64,000 nucleotides of DNA from an uncultured Chlamydiae bacterium (GCA_963696295.1 CAVOJR010000001.1:2784001-2848000); one strand, 5' to 3'; shown: positions 1 through 11,390, counted from the first letter of the stretch. Program-made: numbers and translations. The notes: generated by a model not told the origin, from the letters alone.

Positions 1-1266
1 GCCGGATCTTGCATGGGAGTCGCCTCCATCGTTTTTTCCCACGGTTTTTCGAGCTCCATCTCCGATCCCCTCGGCTGTTCCCTGGCCTTGTTTATCGCCG
101 CCTTTTTTTATGTGGGTAAGTTGCGCAGGCGGAACTATGTGACTATCGCCGACTTGATACGAGATACTTATGGTGCAAAAGCGGAAGTATTTTCCTCGCT
201 TTTAATGGTCCCGTTCAATTTAGGCACTCTAGCCGCTCAGCTGGTGGCGCTCGGCTACATCTTCTCCCTCTTTTTAGGTTTTAGTTCTTTTACGGGTGTT
301 TTTTTAGGGGCGCTTACGGTGCTCGTTTACACCTCTATCGGCGGGATGTGGACCGTGACGGTTACCGATTTCATCCAGTTTTTACTGGTGGTGGGGGGGC
401 TTCTCTTCCTGCTGCCCATCACTGCCGGAGCCGTTCCCGATTTAGATGTTTTATGGGGGTTGATTAAGACGGAATGTGTCAGCCTCTTGCCTCAGAACCA
501 GGTTTCTCAAGGGTGGCTGCTCTATTTGGGAAAATGGTTTTTGACCGGCCTTGGAGCTATTATGGGTCAGGACTTGCTGCAGAGGATTTTTTCCTGCAAG
601 AATGAACGGGTGGCGGTGGTCAGTACTTTTGCCTCAGGGTGGATTTACCTTTGCCTCGGAATGGTCCCTGTGTCGATAGGCTTAGTCGGCCGCATCCTCC
701 TGCCCGATATCGAGCAGCCCGAACTGCTCATTCCCGTCCTGGCGCAAACCTACTTATCTCCGCTCCTTGTGAATCTTTTTGCGATCGGATTGCTGTTAGC
801 CATCATGAGCACGGCCGACAGCTACCTTCTGGCGGGCACAGCCATCATCACCAACAACCTGGTCTCCCGCTACTTGGGTAACAGCAAAAATATCCTGGTC
901 TACATCCGCCTGGTCAATTTGGGCTGCGTGGTGGCCGCCTTATTGCTCGGACTAGCGATGCCCCGCATTTTTGATTTGATGGTCCACTCCGGCGCCTTGC
1001 TGCTCGTGGCCATTTTTGTTCCGGTCACAGCGGCCCTCTACTTTCCTAAACCGACCGCGGAGGCGGCTTGGGCGTCTATGCTTTCCGGCATAGCGGCCTG
1101 GTCGTTTTATATTATCTACCATTTTCCCGAGATGAAGCTCGGGCATGAGCTTGTGCTCTATCCAGCCGTGATGGTAGGGGCGTTAGCTTCCCTTGGCGGT
1201 TATGCGCTGCCTTACATCTACTGGGCTCTTGCGAAGCCGGTAGAAATCAAGACAGCCACCGATTAG
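1..1266 (+). CDS. Sodium:solute symporter (SSS) family transporter, 5' truncated by window edge
   Basis: Frame open from base 1; many TM helices; SSS motifs YTSIGGMWTVTVTDFIQ, QDLLQRIFS, AIMSTADSYLL. Confidence 0.85.
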   Translation, partial: AGSCMGVASIVFSHGFSSSISDPLGCSLALFIAAFFYVGKLRRRNYVTIADLIRDTYGAKAEVFSSLLMVPFNLGTLAAQLVALGYIFSLFLGFSSFTGVFLGALTVLVYTSIGGMWTVTVTDFIQFLLVVGGLLFLLPITAGAVPDLDVLWGLIKTECVSLLPQNQVSQGWLLYLGKWFLTGLGAIMGQDLLQRIFSCKNERVAVVSTFASGWIYLCLGMVPVSIGLVGRILLPDIEQPELLIPVLAQTYLSPLLVNLFAIGLLLAIMSTADSYLLAGTAIITNNLVSRYLGNSKNILVYIRLVNLGCVVAALLLGLAMPRIFDLMVHSGALLLVAIFVPVTAALYFPKPTAEAAWASMLSGIAAWSFYIIYHFPEMKLGHELVLYPAVMVGALASLGGYALPYIYWALAKPVEIKTATD

Positions 1267-2099
1267 CCTTGTTTGATCTGCCATTTTGTGGCGATGTGAT
1301 CAGGGTCAAAAGACTTTTTGGACTGGCGCAAATTGAGCAAACCCAAATCCTGCTCCAGATTGATCCATTCCGCGCTGTCCGGCAAATTGAGGGCTAAATC
1401 CCGGTAGAGATAGGGCGTCATCCCTTTAAATTCGTGCAAAGCCTTGATTATGTGCACTAAAAATGTTTTTGGCGTCAGGAATTCCCCAATGATAAGTCCC
1501 GCCGGCTGTCCGTCGGCAAAGACTATGCGTCCGTACAATTGCAGCTCATCGAAATGTGTAAGGGCATCGACACAAGGGAGATAATCGGTATTTTCTATAT
1601 CATCCCCCTTAGCCGCCTGCCATGTTTCGATCAATTGCCGGGCTAGGGGAATTTCATCGCCTTTTATGGGTTTTGAGATGAGGGTGTGGTTTTTCTCCAG
1701 TTGGCGCAGGAGGTTGCGCCTGTGCACTAAGTGCGGCCCTCCGGTAAGCGTTTTCAATTTTTCAGTGAGGAACAAGTAATCGGAGTCGTTTCGGGAAGAG
1801 ATGAGCTCCAATTCTGTAAAGAAATTAACCCATTGATCTGGAATAGGGAATAAGCAAAGAGTGGTCTTTAAGCTGATAGGCCAGACGGTGGGGATATAGT
1901 AGGGCTGGCCCGATTTAAAAAACCCTTTTATCAGCGGAGGATCTGAATTGACCAGTTCGTAGCCATGCTCCCGCCTGAAGAGGAAATTATTGGCAAAACT
2001 GTATTCGGCAAACTGCAGGTCGTGCTCTTTGGCAAGCGCCTGGAGGAGCGGCTGCAACAGTTTTCCGTGCTCTAGCGTTAATGGTTCACTTCGTTTCAT
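1263..2099 (-). CDS. DUF2156 / phosphatidylglycerol lysyltransferase C-terminal-like (GNAT-fold) protein
   Basis: EYSFANNFLFR, SDYLF, INLEQDLGLLNLRQSKKSFDP motifs typical of DUF2156. Confidence 0.75.
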   Translation of the reverse strand: MKRSEPLTLEHGKLLQPLLQALAKEHDLQFAEYSFANNFLFRREHGYELVNSDPPLIKGFFKSGQPYYIPTVWPISLKTTLCLFPIPDQWVNFFTELELISSRNDSDYLFLTEKLKTLTGGPHLVHRRNLLRQLEKNHTLISKPIKGDEIPLARQLIETWQAAKGDDIENTDYLPCVDALTHFDELQLYGRIVFADGQPAGLIIGEFLTPKTFLVHIIKALHEFKGMTPYLYRDLALNLPDSAEWINLEQDLGLLNLRQSKKSFDPDHIATKWQIKQG

Positions 2100-2181
2100 A
2101 AACTTTTATCTACATTTTTTCATCTTTACTATTAAAGAAAAATTTACTATGGATGGTTTTTACATTTTGATAGGTGATCGC

Positions 2182-2715
2182 ATGTCCAAAGTCATTTCCC
2201 TTGGGGTTATTTGCCTCGTTTTGTTTTCTGCCTGTGAAACCAAGAAAAAAGAAGAACAGGTTATTAAAACAAGTATTCAGGTTCCTTCTAATACCCATTT
2301 GAAGGAGCTCGATTGGTTAGCCGGTAAATGGTTTGATAAAGAAAACAACTCGATCATTGAAATGGAGTCCAGCTGGGACCAGCACAAAAACTTCCTGACA
2401 CAAAAATTCAACGTGACTGAACAGGGGAAATTAGACCTGAAAGGCTTCCAGATTATTGGCTGGGACCCCATCCGCCAGCAGATCCGCTCCTGGGTCTTCG
2501 ATTCCGATGGGGGATTTGGCGAGGGAGTGTGGACCAAACAGGGAGATAAATGGCTGGTGGAAGTGGAACACACCCTGCCGAACGGACTGAAGGGAAGCGC
2601 GCAACATATCTATTCCAATATACAAAAAGACTCCTATACCTGGGAATCGACCGGCCGCGAGGTTGGGGGAAATATATTGCCAAATCTGGAACCTGCCACT
2701 GTGCATAGAAAATAG
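2182..2715 (+). CDS. Putative lipoprotein resembling the C-terminal domain of PVC SgcJ/YybH-like proteins
   Basis: ATG 2182 after AGGTG; lipobox-like LFSAC; LKELDWLAGKW and IGWDP..IRSWVFDSDGGFGEG motifs. Confidence 0.6.
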   Translation: MSKVISLGVICLVLFSACETKKKEEQVIKTSIQVPSNTHLKELDWLAGKWFDKENNSIIEMESSWDQHKNFLTQKFNVTEQGKLDLKGFQIIGWDPIRQQIRSWVFDSDGGFGEGVWTKQGDKWLVEVEHTLPNGLKGSAQHIYSNIQKDSYTWESTGREVGGNILPNLEPATVHRK

Positions 2716-2725
2716 GGGATGAAAG

Positions 2726-4045
<1,320 letters not shown>

Positions 4046-4122
4046 CGCAATTTTAACGCCTATTTAACCGGAAGTTAATATTTCTATGCTATTATTTTAT
4101 TTTAATAGTTTGGGTATTAACC

Positions 4123-5949
4123 ATGTTGCCAATAAACAGAAATGATTTTATTTTCGGGGAGACTAGTCTGCCCGAAGCCGCAACTCCTTTAGAGGAGATT
4201 CGGAATAGAGCCATTTGTAACTGCCCTGAACATTCCGATCTCTCCTTTTTCCAAAAACATAAACTGGAAAAAAAACCGGAAAAGAGTTTTATCAGTCAGC
4301 TGGCGGGAAAAATATACGAATGCTGGATCTCTCTTCTATCTCCTAAAAATGCTGTTTTAAATCTGGCAAAAAAGGGAGCGTCCCAGAAAACGATCGATGC
4401 GAAGTTTCCCTGTTTGCATCCGCTGATCCATATGGAAGCGGCTAAAGCCTATCTCACCTATGTTTTAGATAACTATACCCTGCCCGAAAAGTTCCCTGAT
4501 CTTATCAAAGCAGTAAAAAAAGAGCTTAATAAACAGTACCCGGGTCTTAGAGGAGAGTTTAGCGAAACGTTTCTTATGAATGAGATAGAAAAGCAATTTT
4601 CTACTTTGGGGTCTCAAAGGGTGAAGCAAAGCTACTTGACTTATTGCCTGGCTGAGGAAATTTTGAACGGGCAGATCTTGCCGCACATCGATCATCTGAA
4701 ACGTTTAGGGCCTGACTATAAGCATGTTGTAGATGAGCAGATCGAGATGATCTTTAAGGCGTTTAAGTATTTTGACGAGGAGAACTCTTTTAATGGGGCT
4801 AAAGTAATGATGCAAGTGCTGACTAAATGGAATGAGAATCCTGCAGCTCAGGAAGCTTTCCATCGCGTAGAGAAGGAGTTATCCCCTTCCTTTAAAATGA
4901 AGCTGAAAAATGAGCTGGAAACGGAAAAGGTAAAAGAGTTGCTACAAAAAGGGGCCTATGAAGACCTGAAGACTGTGTATAAATCATGCTCCGCTTCGGA
5001 AAAAGAGAGGATGCGGTCCATTGTAATCCTCTTGTCAAGGGATTCTTCCATCGATTTAAAGCTTCAGGTAAGAGCGCTTGGCGTGCTGGAGGATATGGCA
5101 GAAATCATCGGCCCTGTCAAAGAGAAAACTTACTCTGCCCACGCTATGGTTCCGGGCATTAATCAGTCGGTTATTCATGAAGCTGTTGGGTATCCGGGCA
5201 CGGTCAATTTGGGTCAGTGCGAAGTGGACTATAGCCGCTCCCCTTGCTTTTTCATCGACAACAAGTTCTATTTTTTTCCCGATTTTAAAGAATTTTATCC
5301 GATGGTTGAAAAAAAATATGGGGCCTATGCGGCCAAGATGATCACGCAAGGGAAATTCGGCGCCGCGCAATTTTTCGTATTCGATGAACTCAACCCACTT
5401 TCTTTTACCAGGCACATCCCTGGCAACAGGATGGTTTCAGGCAATGATTTCATGACTTACGCTATTGAGCAAAAGGGAGATATGGTTCAGTTTAGCTTTA
5501 AAGTCTGCTACAGAATTCTCGAAACGGAAAAACCGGAAAATGGACCCCTTTATTACGTACCTGTTGAACAAACAATTTGTATTCCTTTTGAGGAATTGAA
5601 GAAAAAGAAAATCGATGAGACAAAGGTTAAGGCGTCTATTGAAATCCATGCTTCCGTTGCCACTCTGAATGAGGCGTATAAAGCATTGAATATCCGAACG
5701 ATAACGCCTATGAACGTCCCAAAAATCATCGATGACTATAACAAGATGGGTGCTGCAAAAAGAGGGGATTTTCTCGACCAGATCGCAATTTTATTGGTGG
5801 AGAGGGGGCTTTCTGAGGCAGAGGATATGGAAAATGCGACCCTGCCGAATATCAAAAAAGTATTGGCAGCGATTCCTGCAAGATCAATGCTTTATCAGAC
5901 TTTAAAATCAAAGATCGATAAAAGGATTTTCCCTTATTCTTTAGAATAA
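4123..5949 (+). CDS. Hypothetical protein, 608 aa, orphan/effector-like
   Basis: Long ORF with AT-rich upstream spacer; no recognised motif. Confidence 0.7.
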   Translation: MLPINRNDFIFGETSLPEAATPLEEIRNRAICNCPEHSDLSFFQKHKLEKKPEKSFISQLAGKIYECWISLLSPKNAVLNLAKKGASQKTIDAKFPCLHPLIHMEAAKAYLTYVLDNYTLPEKFPDLIKAVKKELNKQYPGLRGEFSETFLMNEIEKQFSTLGSQRVKQSYLTYCLAEEILNGQILPHIDHLKRLGPDYKHVVDEQIEMIFKAFKYFDEENSFNGAKVMMQVLTKWNENPAAQEAFHRVEKELSPSFKMKLKNELETEKVKELLQKGAYEDLKTVYKSCSASEKERMRSIVILLSRDSSIDLKLQVRALGVLEDMAEIIGPVKEKTYSAHAMVPGINQSVIHEAVGYPGTVNLGQCEVDYSRSPCFFIDNKFYFFPDFKEFYPMVEKKYGAYAAKMITQGKFGAAQFFVFDELNPLSFTRHIPGNRMVSGNDFMTYAIEQKGDMVQFSFKVCYRILETEKPENGPLYYVPVEQTICIPFEELKKKKIDETKVKASIEIHASVATLNEAYKALNIRTITPMNVPKIIDDYNKMGAAKRGDFLDQIAILLVERGLSEAEDMENATLPNIKKVLAAIPARSMLYQTLKSKIDKRIFPYSLE

Positions 5950-6045
5950 AGCTGTCTGATAAAATCAATAAACATTATTTTGTTTTATTTAATTCAAAAA
6001 TAGTTAAAAATAATCTTAGAGTATAAATAATCTTTGAGGTGAATT

Positions 6046-6636
6046 ATGTCAGCTACTCTAATTATTCTAGCTATTATCGTTATCCTTGCCCTTTGGGTCA
6101 TGGGTATTTACAATAACCTGGTCGGGTTAAAGAACCGCGTAAAAAATGCGTGGGGTCAAATAGACGTTCAATTGCAGCGCCGTTACGATCTTATCCCTAA
6201 CCTGGTTGAATCGGTTAAAGGGTATATGAACTTTGAAAAAAGCACGTTGACTGAAGTGGTTCAGGCCAGAAGCCAGGCTATGGCAGCGCGCGAGACGATT
6301 GAAAAGCAAGGGGGGCCAACCGAAGGTTCTCTTAAACAATTACTTGGAGCAGAAGCTTCTTTAGGATCCGCTCTTGTCAAATTCTTTGCGGTGGCAGAAA
6401 ACTATCCCGATTTGAAATCTTCCCAAAATATGCAAATGCTGCAGGAAGAGCTCAGCTCGACCGAAAATAAAATCGCATTTGCCCGGCAAGCTTATAACGA
6501 TCAGGTGATGGCTTATAATACCGCGCAACAGGTGTTTCCGGCTACCGTGGTGGCTTCCACGTTCGGACATCATCCGGCAGACCTCTATGAGGTTACTAAG
6601 GCAGAAGCTAGAGAACCTGTAAAAGTGAGCTTTTAA
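6046..6636 (+). CDS. lemA: LemA family protein
   Basis: N-terminal TM; YNNLV..IDVQLQRRYDLIPNLV; ENYPDLKS; TENKIAFARQAYND. Confidence 0.95.
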   Translation: MSATLIILAIIVILALWVMGIYNNLVGLKNRVKNAWGQIDVQLQRRYDLIPNLVESVKGYMNFEKSTLTEVVQARSQAMAARETIEKQGGPTEGSLKQLLGAEASLGSALVKFFAVAENYPDLKSSQNMQMLQEELSSTENKIAFARQAYNDQVMAYNTAQQVFPATVVASTFGHHPADLYEVTKAEAREPVKVSF

Positions 6637-6638
6637 TC

Positions 6639-7610
6639 ATGAACTTCTGGGAAGCACAAAAAAAGGCTCGATCAAAAACTAAGCTTTACGTGAGTTTGTT
6701 TATACTCCTGATGTTTATCGCCGCGTTTCTGATTGAGCTGATCTTGCGCAATATGGAACCTGATTATCAGCAGCAGTTCCCCTTATGGGGAACTGTGTTT
6801 GTGGCAGGTACCACGCTAGTCGCCTTGTTTCAGTACTCAATGTACAAAACGCAAGGGGGAGCCTATGTCGCCGAGTCTCTAGGGGCCAGAAAAGTGGAAT
6901 CCGACACGTCCGACTTTTATGAGAAGCAGTACTTGAATATTGTGAAAGAAATCGCCCTCGCTTCCTCGCTGCCCGTCCCGCCAGCCTATATTATGGACGT
7001 GGATGAGATTAACGCCTTTGCTGCCGGCACGACGAAAGAAAATGCCGCAGTGACTGTGACCAGAGGCTGCCTCACCAAGCTGAACCGCGATGAGGTCCAA
7101 GGAGTGGTAGCTCATGAATTCGGGCACATCTACAATGGCGATATGCAGATCAGCATGCGCCTCGCGGCGATGATTATGGGATTTTTCTTCATCGCCTATT
7201 TCGGTATCCGCATGCTGCAAATTGCCAGCTTTGGCGGAATGGACAGGGATCGAAGGGGCCCGAACCCCATCATGCTGATTGCGCTGGCTTTCATGGTTGC
7301 AGGGGCGTTTACCTGGCTTTTCGGCTCGCTTTTACGGGCTTCGGTCAGTCGGCAAAGAGAGTATTTAGCCGATGCCTGCGCCGTGCAATTTACACGCAAC
7401 CCCGATGGGATAGCCAACGCACTAAGAAAAATCGGCAGCTTCAATAAAGTGAATGAGATGCCCGCCAGCGGCAACGCCTATGCCCATCTCTATTTCGATA
7501 ATCATATGGGGATATCATCTTTGCTTGCCACTCACCCTCCTCTTGCCAAGCGGATCGCCGCTATCGAGGGCAGGGAATACATACCGGAGGAATGGCATAT
7601 AAGCTCTTAA
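6639..7610 (+). CDS. htpX: M48 family zinc metalloprotease, HtpX-like
   Basis: INAFAAG, VAHEFGHI, SRQREYLADA, THPPL..RI; downstream of lemA. Confidence 0.85.
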   Translation: MNFWEAQKKARSKTKLYVSLFILLMFIAAFLIELILRNMEPDYQQQFPLWGTVFVAGTTLVALFQYSMYKTQGGAYVAESLGARKVESDTSDFYEKQYLNIVKEIALASSLPVPPAYIMDVDEINAFAAGTTKENAAVTVTRGCLTKLNRDEVQGVVAHEFGHIYNGDMQISMRLAAMIMGFFFIAYFGIRMLQIASFGGMDRDRRGPNPIMLIALAFMVAGAFTWLFGSLLRASVSRQREYLADACAVQFTRNPDGIANALRKIGSFNKVNEMPASGNAYAHLYFDNHMGISSLLATHPPLAKRIAAIEGREYIPEEWHISS

Positions 7611-7654
7611 AATTTTCGAGGAACCAATAACCCAAAAACCATAAGGAGGAAATT

Positions 7655-8092
7655 ATGGGATACGGTGATTTATTAGATGCATTCTTGAAAGTTCGTTCAT
7701 CTCTTGGCAATGTGCAAAAAGACGTGGATGAGAACGACCCTCGTGAAAAAACAGATCAGGACTTAGCCAGTTTGTCGGTTAACTTCCAGGATCTGATGTC
7801 AACGTTCAAATCTATGGAACAAGCGGATCTGGAGCAGATCTATCAGGAAGTGATGGAACTTGCATCCGGCAAAGAGACCTTCCAGGAATATATCCGGGAT
7901 GTCAACAAAATCTTGGCTAATGTGAGAGCAAAAGCCCAAAAAAACGAGGCTACAAGAGAGAAAATCGAGCAAAACCTGCCTAGAAATCTTCAAGATGAAG
8001 ATATCGACAGCTTGCTCGCTAACTACCAAGAAACCGTCAAAAAGATCCATGCCTGGCAAGAACAGGTCAATAAAACATCAACGCGTCGTTAA
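7655..8092 (+). CDS. Hypothetical coiled-coil protein
   Basis: Strong SD AAGGAGG; helical charged sequence; followed by a terminator. Confidence 0.7.
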   Translation: MGYGDLLDAFLKVRSSLGNVQKDVDENDPREKTDQDLASLSVNFQDLMSTFKSMEQADLEQIYQEVMELASGKETFQEYIRDVNKILANVRAKAQKNEATREKIEQNLPRNLQDEDIDSLLANYQETVKKIHAWQEQVNKTSTRR

Positions 8093-8098
8093 TCGACC

Positions 8099-8127
8099 AG
8101 GACCCGGGTTTTCACCCGGGCCTTTTT
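8099..8127 (+). terminator. Rho-independent terminator
   Basis: cccgggt-tttc-acccggg hairpin followed by cc and a T run. Confidence 0.8.
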
Positions 8128-8139
8128 ATACCTTAACTA

Positions 8140-8374
8140 AGTCGTCCCTGAAAAAGTCCTTGCGATAAAAAAATGATCTTTTTATGAAAAATGCACTTTG
8201 TTCGTCGTCCAACCCTGCAGGGTTGAACTCCTCACAAATTGCATTTTTCATTTCAAAAATCTCTATTTTTTTCTTTCGCGAGTTCGGGCTCCTCCTCAAA
8301 AATTGCAAGGTTCATTCCATTCCCAGGGAAGTGCAATTTTTTTCCTCGGAGCCCTTACTTTTTCAGGCCCGACT
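8140..8374. mobile_element. MITE-like palindromic element, about 235 bp
   Basis: Terminal IRs agtcgtccctgaaaaagt (8140-8157) / actttttcaggcccgact (8357-8374), 16/18 match; two internal hairpins. Confidence 0.7.
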
Positions 8375-9841
8375 CAAGACACTTTTCTTTTCAGAAGCCA
8401 AAGTCAAACTGTAGGAGATGAGGAGGGCGAGAGCAAACCAGCTCCAGCGCACGCCTTTGAATTGATCCCAGGATTGAAATTCCTGCATCAAATTTCCAAG
8501 GAGGATGATCAAAAGCAGCAGCGGTGCAATGTAGCGCAGCGAAAAGCTGAAAAGAGGCATTTTTTTCCACACCTCATCGTTTTTGATTTTGGCGCTAAAA
8601 AAGTGAAAGGCCACTATCAAGGCTATCCCTCCGATTAACATATTCGTACCGATCACCATCGGAATCAGCGCATCCATTAAATAGGAGGCGTTACCCATGC
8701 AGAAGAAGGTGGAAAAGAGCGTGGTGATGATAAGGGTGATCACTACAGCACTTTTTCGGTTCGTGCGAAACTCTATCTCGACGTTTCCGACCGCGCTCTC
8801 AATGATTGAGAAAAAGCCCGTGATGCCAGCGATAAAGATGCAGAAGAAAAAGATCACGCCGATGAGAGGGGCCAGCAGGGGGCCGAAAAACTGTAAAAGC
8901 TGCGGGAATACGACAAAGCCGATCTCAAAAGTCGAGGCATCCGCCAGGATAAGATCGAAGGGGATGTTTTGCACATGGCAAACATGGGCGATGCATCCAA
9001 AAATGGCCGCTCCTGCGATAAAAGAGACAAAAAAGTCTCCTAGGACGACATATTTCATCGCTTTTACAATATCATGGGACTCACCGGTGTGGCGGGAATA
9101 GCCCACAATTATGCCAAGGCCAAGCGAGAGGCTGAAAAAAATCTGCCCGAATACGTCGCGCCACAAAGCGATATCGAGTAATTTCGAAAAGTCGGGCGTT
9201 AAATAGTAGGTCCAGCCTTGCAGGCCTCCCGGTAAAAAGGCGACAAAGACGGCAAAAATGACCATCAGGACAGCGAGTAGCGGCATAAAGAGGGAGCAAA
9301 ACTTTTCGATGCCGTCTTTGACATTGCGCACCAGGACAAAGCCGGTCACAACAGAAACTAGCGCAGTAGACAAAAATATGGGCCAGGAGAGGGAGCCGAA
9401 ATCACTTAGGCCCGAACTGGTTTTGAGGAGGGTTTCAGTAAAAAAGCTTTTGGTGTCGGCGGGAATGGCGCCGCTTGCTGAAAAAAAGATATAACAGACG
9501 GAATATCCGGTCAGCACGACATAAAAGGCTCCGATGGAGAGGCAGGCGATAACGGCGAGCCATCCCAGCACTTTGCCGATTTTGCCCCATACCAGGCCAT
9601 AAGCTGCGACGATGGGGGATTTCAAGCGGTCGCCGATAATTCCTTCGAGAACCAGAAAAGGAAAACCTAAGATAAATAGGGCGATGCAATAGGGGATTAA
9701 ATAGGCGCCGCCTCCATTTTTGTAGGCATGGGCGCTGAAACTCAATATATTGGCAAAACCGACAGCTGATCCAATTAAGGACCAGATAAAGCCCTTTTCG
9801 GAATTCCAAGTGGAATCCGGGGCTGCATTTGTTGATGACAT
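8363..9841 (-). CDS. Sodium-dependent transporter, NSS/SNF (LeuT-like) family
   Basis: IGSAVGFANILSF..AYKNGGGAYLIPY, QIFFSLSLGLG motifs; ATG 9841 with SD AAGGA. Confidence 0.9.
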   Translation of the reverse strand: MSSTNAAPDSTWNSEKGFIWSLIGSAVGFANILSFSAHAYKNGGGAYLIPYCIALFILGFPFLVLEGIIGDRLKSPIVAAYGLVWGKIGKVLGWLAVIACLSIGAFYVVLTGYSVCYIFFSASGAIPADTKSFFTETLLKTSSGLSDFGSLSWPIFLSTALVSVVTGFVLVRNVKDGIEKFCSLFMPLLAVLMVIFAVFVAFLPGGLQGWTYYLTPDFSKLLDIALWRDVFGQIFFSLSLGLGIIVGYSRHTGESHDIVKAMKYVVLGDFFVSFIAGAAIFGCIAHVCHVQNIPFDLILADASTFEIGFVVFPQLLQFFGPLLAPLIGVIFFFCIFIAGITGFFSIIESAVGNVEIEFRTNRKSAVVITLIITTLFSTFFCMGNASYLMDALIPMVIGTNMLIGGIALIVAFHFFSAKIKNDEVWKKMPLFSFSLRYIAPLLLLIILLGNLMQEFQSWDQFKGVRWSWFALALLISYSLTLASEKKSVLSRA

Positions 9842-9900
9842 ATGCAATCCTTTAATTTAAAAAATTTTTTAATGAGATTAGCCTTTAACTCCGATAGGAA

Positions 9901-9960
9901 TTAAAGGCGTCGAAGAGGCAGGAGAAGAGAAAGAAAGCTCTTAGAAATATGAGCGGTCAT
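9901..9960 (-). CDS. Putative Leu-rich leader peptide MTAHISKSFLSLLLPLRRL
   Basis: Read directly from the sequence: AGGA SD, 19 codons, 6 Leu in the last 10, stop inside the 12-bp hairpin 9881-9908. Confidence 0.6.
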   Translation of the reverse strand: MTAHISKSFLSLLLPLRRL

Positions 9961-10073
9961 GATATCCTGCTTTATTAATTTTAGCAAAATCATAGCTGAT
10001 CATTTGGTTTTTGTCTAGCGAAAAATCTGGGCAATGTGTATAAAATTAATGCATAAACTTACAGGGATGATCA

Positions 10074-11390
10074 ATGTTTCTCAATATCATCAACGAATTT
10101 CTTTCACTCTATGTTGTCGTGCCGCTTATTCTGTTTACCGGGATTTACCTTTCATGCCGCGTGGGTCTTATTCAAATATCCAAATTAAAAATGGGTTTCA
10201 GCTATCTGATAAACAGCGAGAGAAAAAGCGTGGGCAATATCTCTCACTTTGAAGCGATCTCGACCGTTTTGGCAGGGAATTTGGGCACCGGGAATATTTC
10301 CGGCATGGCTGTAGCGCTGACGACTGGGGGGCCCGGAGCGCTCGTCTGGATGGCTGTGATGGCCTTTTTGGGAGCGATTTTAAAATTCGCCGGCGTTTTT
10401 TTGGGAGTCAAGTTTCGCCACATCAACAAGGAAGGGGACTATGTCGGCGGCCCGATGTACTATCTCGACCATGGCCTTAACCTGAAACCGGTCGCCTGGA
10501 TCTTCTCGATATTCGCCATTCTGTGCGCCTTGACAGTGGGAAATTTGGTGCAGGTCAATTCGATCAGCCTGCCTATTGAAAAGATGGGCGCTTCCCCCCT
10601 TTTGATGAGTGTGATCACCGCTATTTTTGTCGCTATTGTATTGGTCGGGGGCATGCACCGATTCGCCATTGTCGCCTCGACAGTTGTGCCTTTGATGGCA
10701 GCGCTTTATGTGGGCGTCGCTCTCTATATCCTGTTTGTCTTCCGCGATCAGATCATGCCCTCTTTGGCATTGATCTTTGAAGCTGCGTTTGCCCTTCGCC
10801 CGGTAGCTGGAGGCATGCTGGGGTATGGCATTTTGAAGTCCATTACAGTCGGTTTTGAGCGGGGTGTGTTTTCTACTGACGCTGGTGTGGGGATCGCTCC
10901 CATATTGCAATCGAGCACGCGGACTAAGAGCCCGGTGGTAGAAGGCGTCGTTGCGATGGTCCCTCCTCTGGTGGTGATGGTAATCTGCACCATTACGACA
11001 TTGGTTTTAATGGTGACGGGAGCCTGGCAAGTCGAAGGTCTCCGCAGCACGAATATGTGCACTTATGCTTTTGAGCAGGGGATAGGAGAGAAATGGGGAA
11101 CCTATGTCGTTTTGATTTCGCTCATCCTTTTTGCCTATACCACCATCCTGGCCTGGGCTTATTGCGCCGAGAGAGCGGTGGAGTATTTGGGGGGATTGAA
11201 ATGGATGCATATTTTCCAGTGGTTTTTCATTTTTGTGATCCCTTTTGGAGCCTTGGTGCATGTGGATCTGGTCTGGAAGCTTGCCGATATCTGCATAGCG
11301 ATGATGCTCGTCTGCAATATGATCGGGGTGATCGGCTTATCGAAATTAGTTATTCAGGAAAGCCGCCTCTTTTTCTCTAAAGAAGAGTAA
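10074..11390 (+). CDS. Alanine/glycine:cation symporter (AGCS) family
   Basis: LAGNLGTGNISG, GGPGALVWM, GGPMYYL, RGVFSTDAGVG motifs. Confidence 0.92.
   Translation: MFLNIINEFLSLYVVVPLILFTGIYLSCRVGLIQISKLKMGFSYLINSERKSVGNISHFEAISTVLAGNLGTGNISGMAVALTTGGPGALVWMAVMAFLGAILKFAGVFLGVKFRHINKEGDYVGGPMYYLDHGLNLKPVAWIFSIFAILCALTVGNLVQVNSISLPIEKMGASPLLMSVITAIFVAIVLVGGMHRFAIVASTVVPLMAALYVGVALYILFVFRDQIMPSLALIFEAAFALRPVAGGMLGYGILKSITVGFERGVFSTDAGVGIAPILQSSTRTKSPVVEGVVAMVPPLVVMVICTITTLVLMVTGAWQVEGLRSTNMCTYAFEQGIGEKWGTYVVLISLILFAYTTILAWAYCAERAVEYLGGLKWMHIFQWFFIFVIPFGALVHVDLVWKLADICIAMMLVCNMIGVIGLSKLVIQESRLFFSKEE

Noticed and set aside
9848..10073. T-box or glycine/lysine riboswitch between the two amino-acid transporters
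   Set aside because: No recognisable consensus and too little space; the leader-peptide reading fits better.
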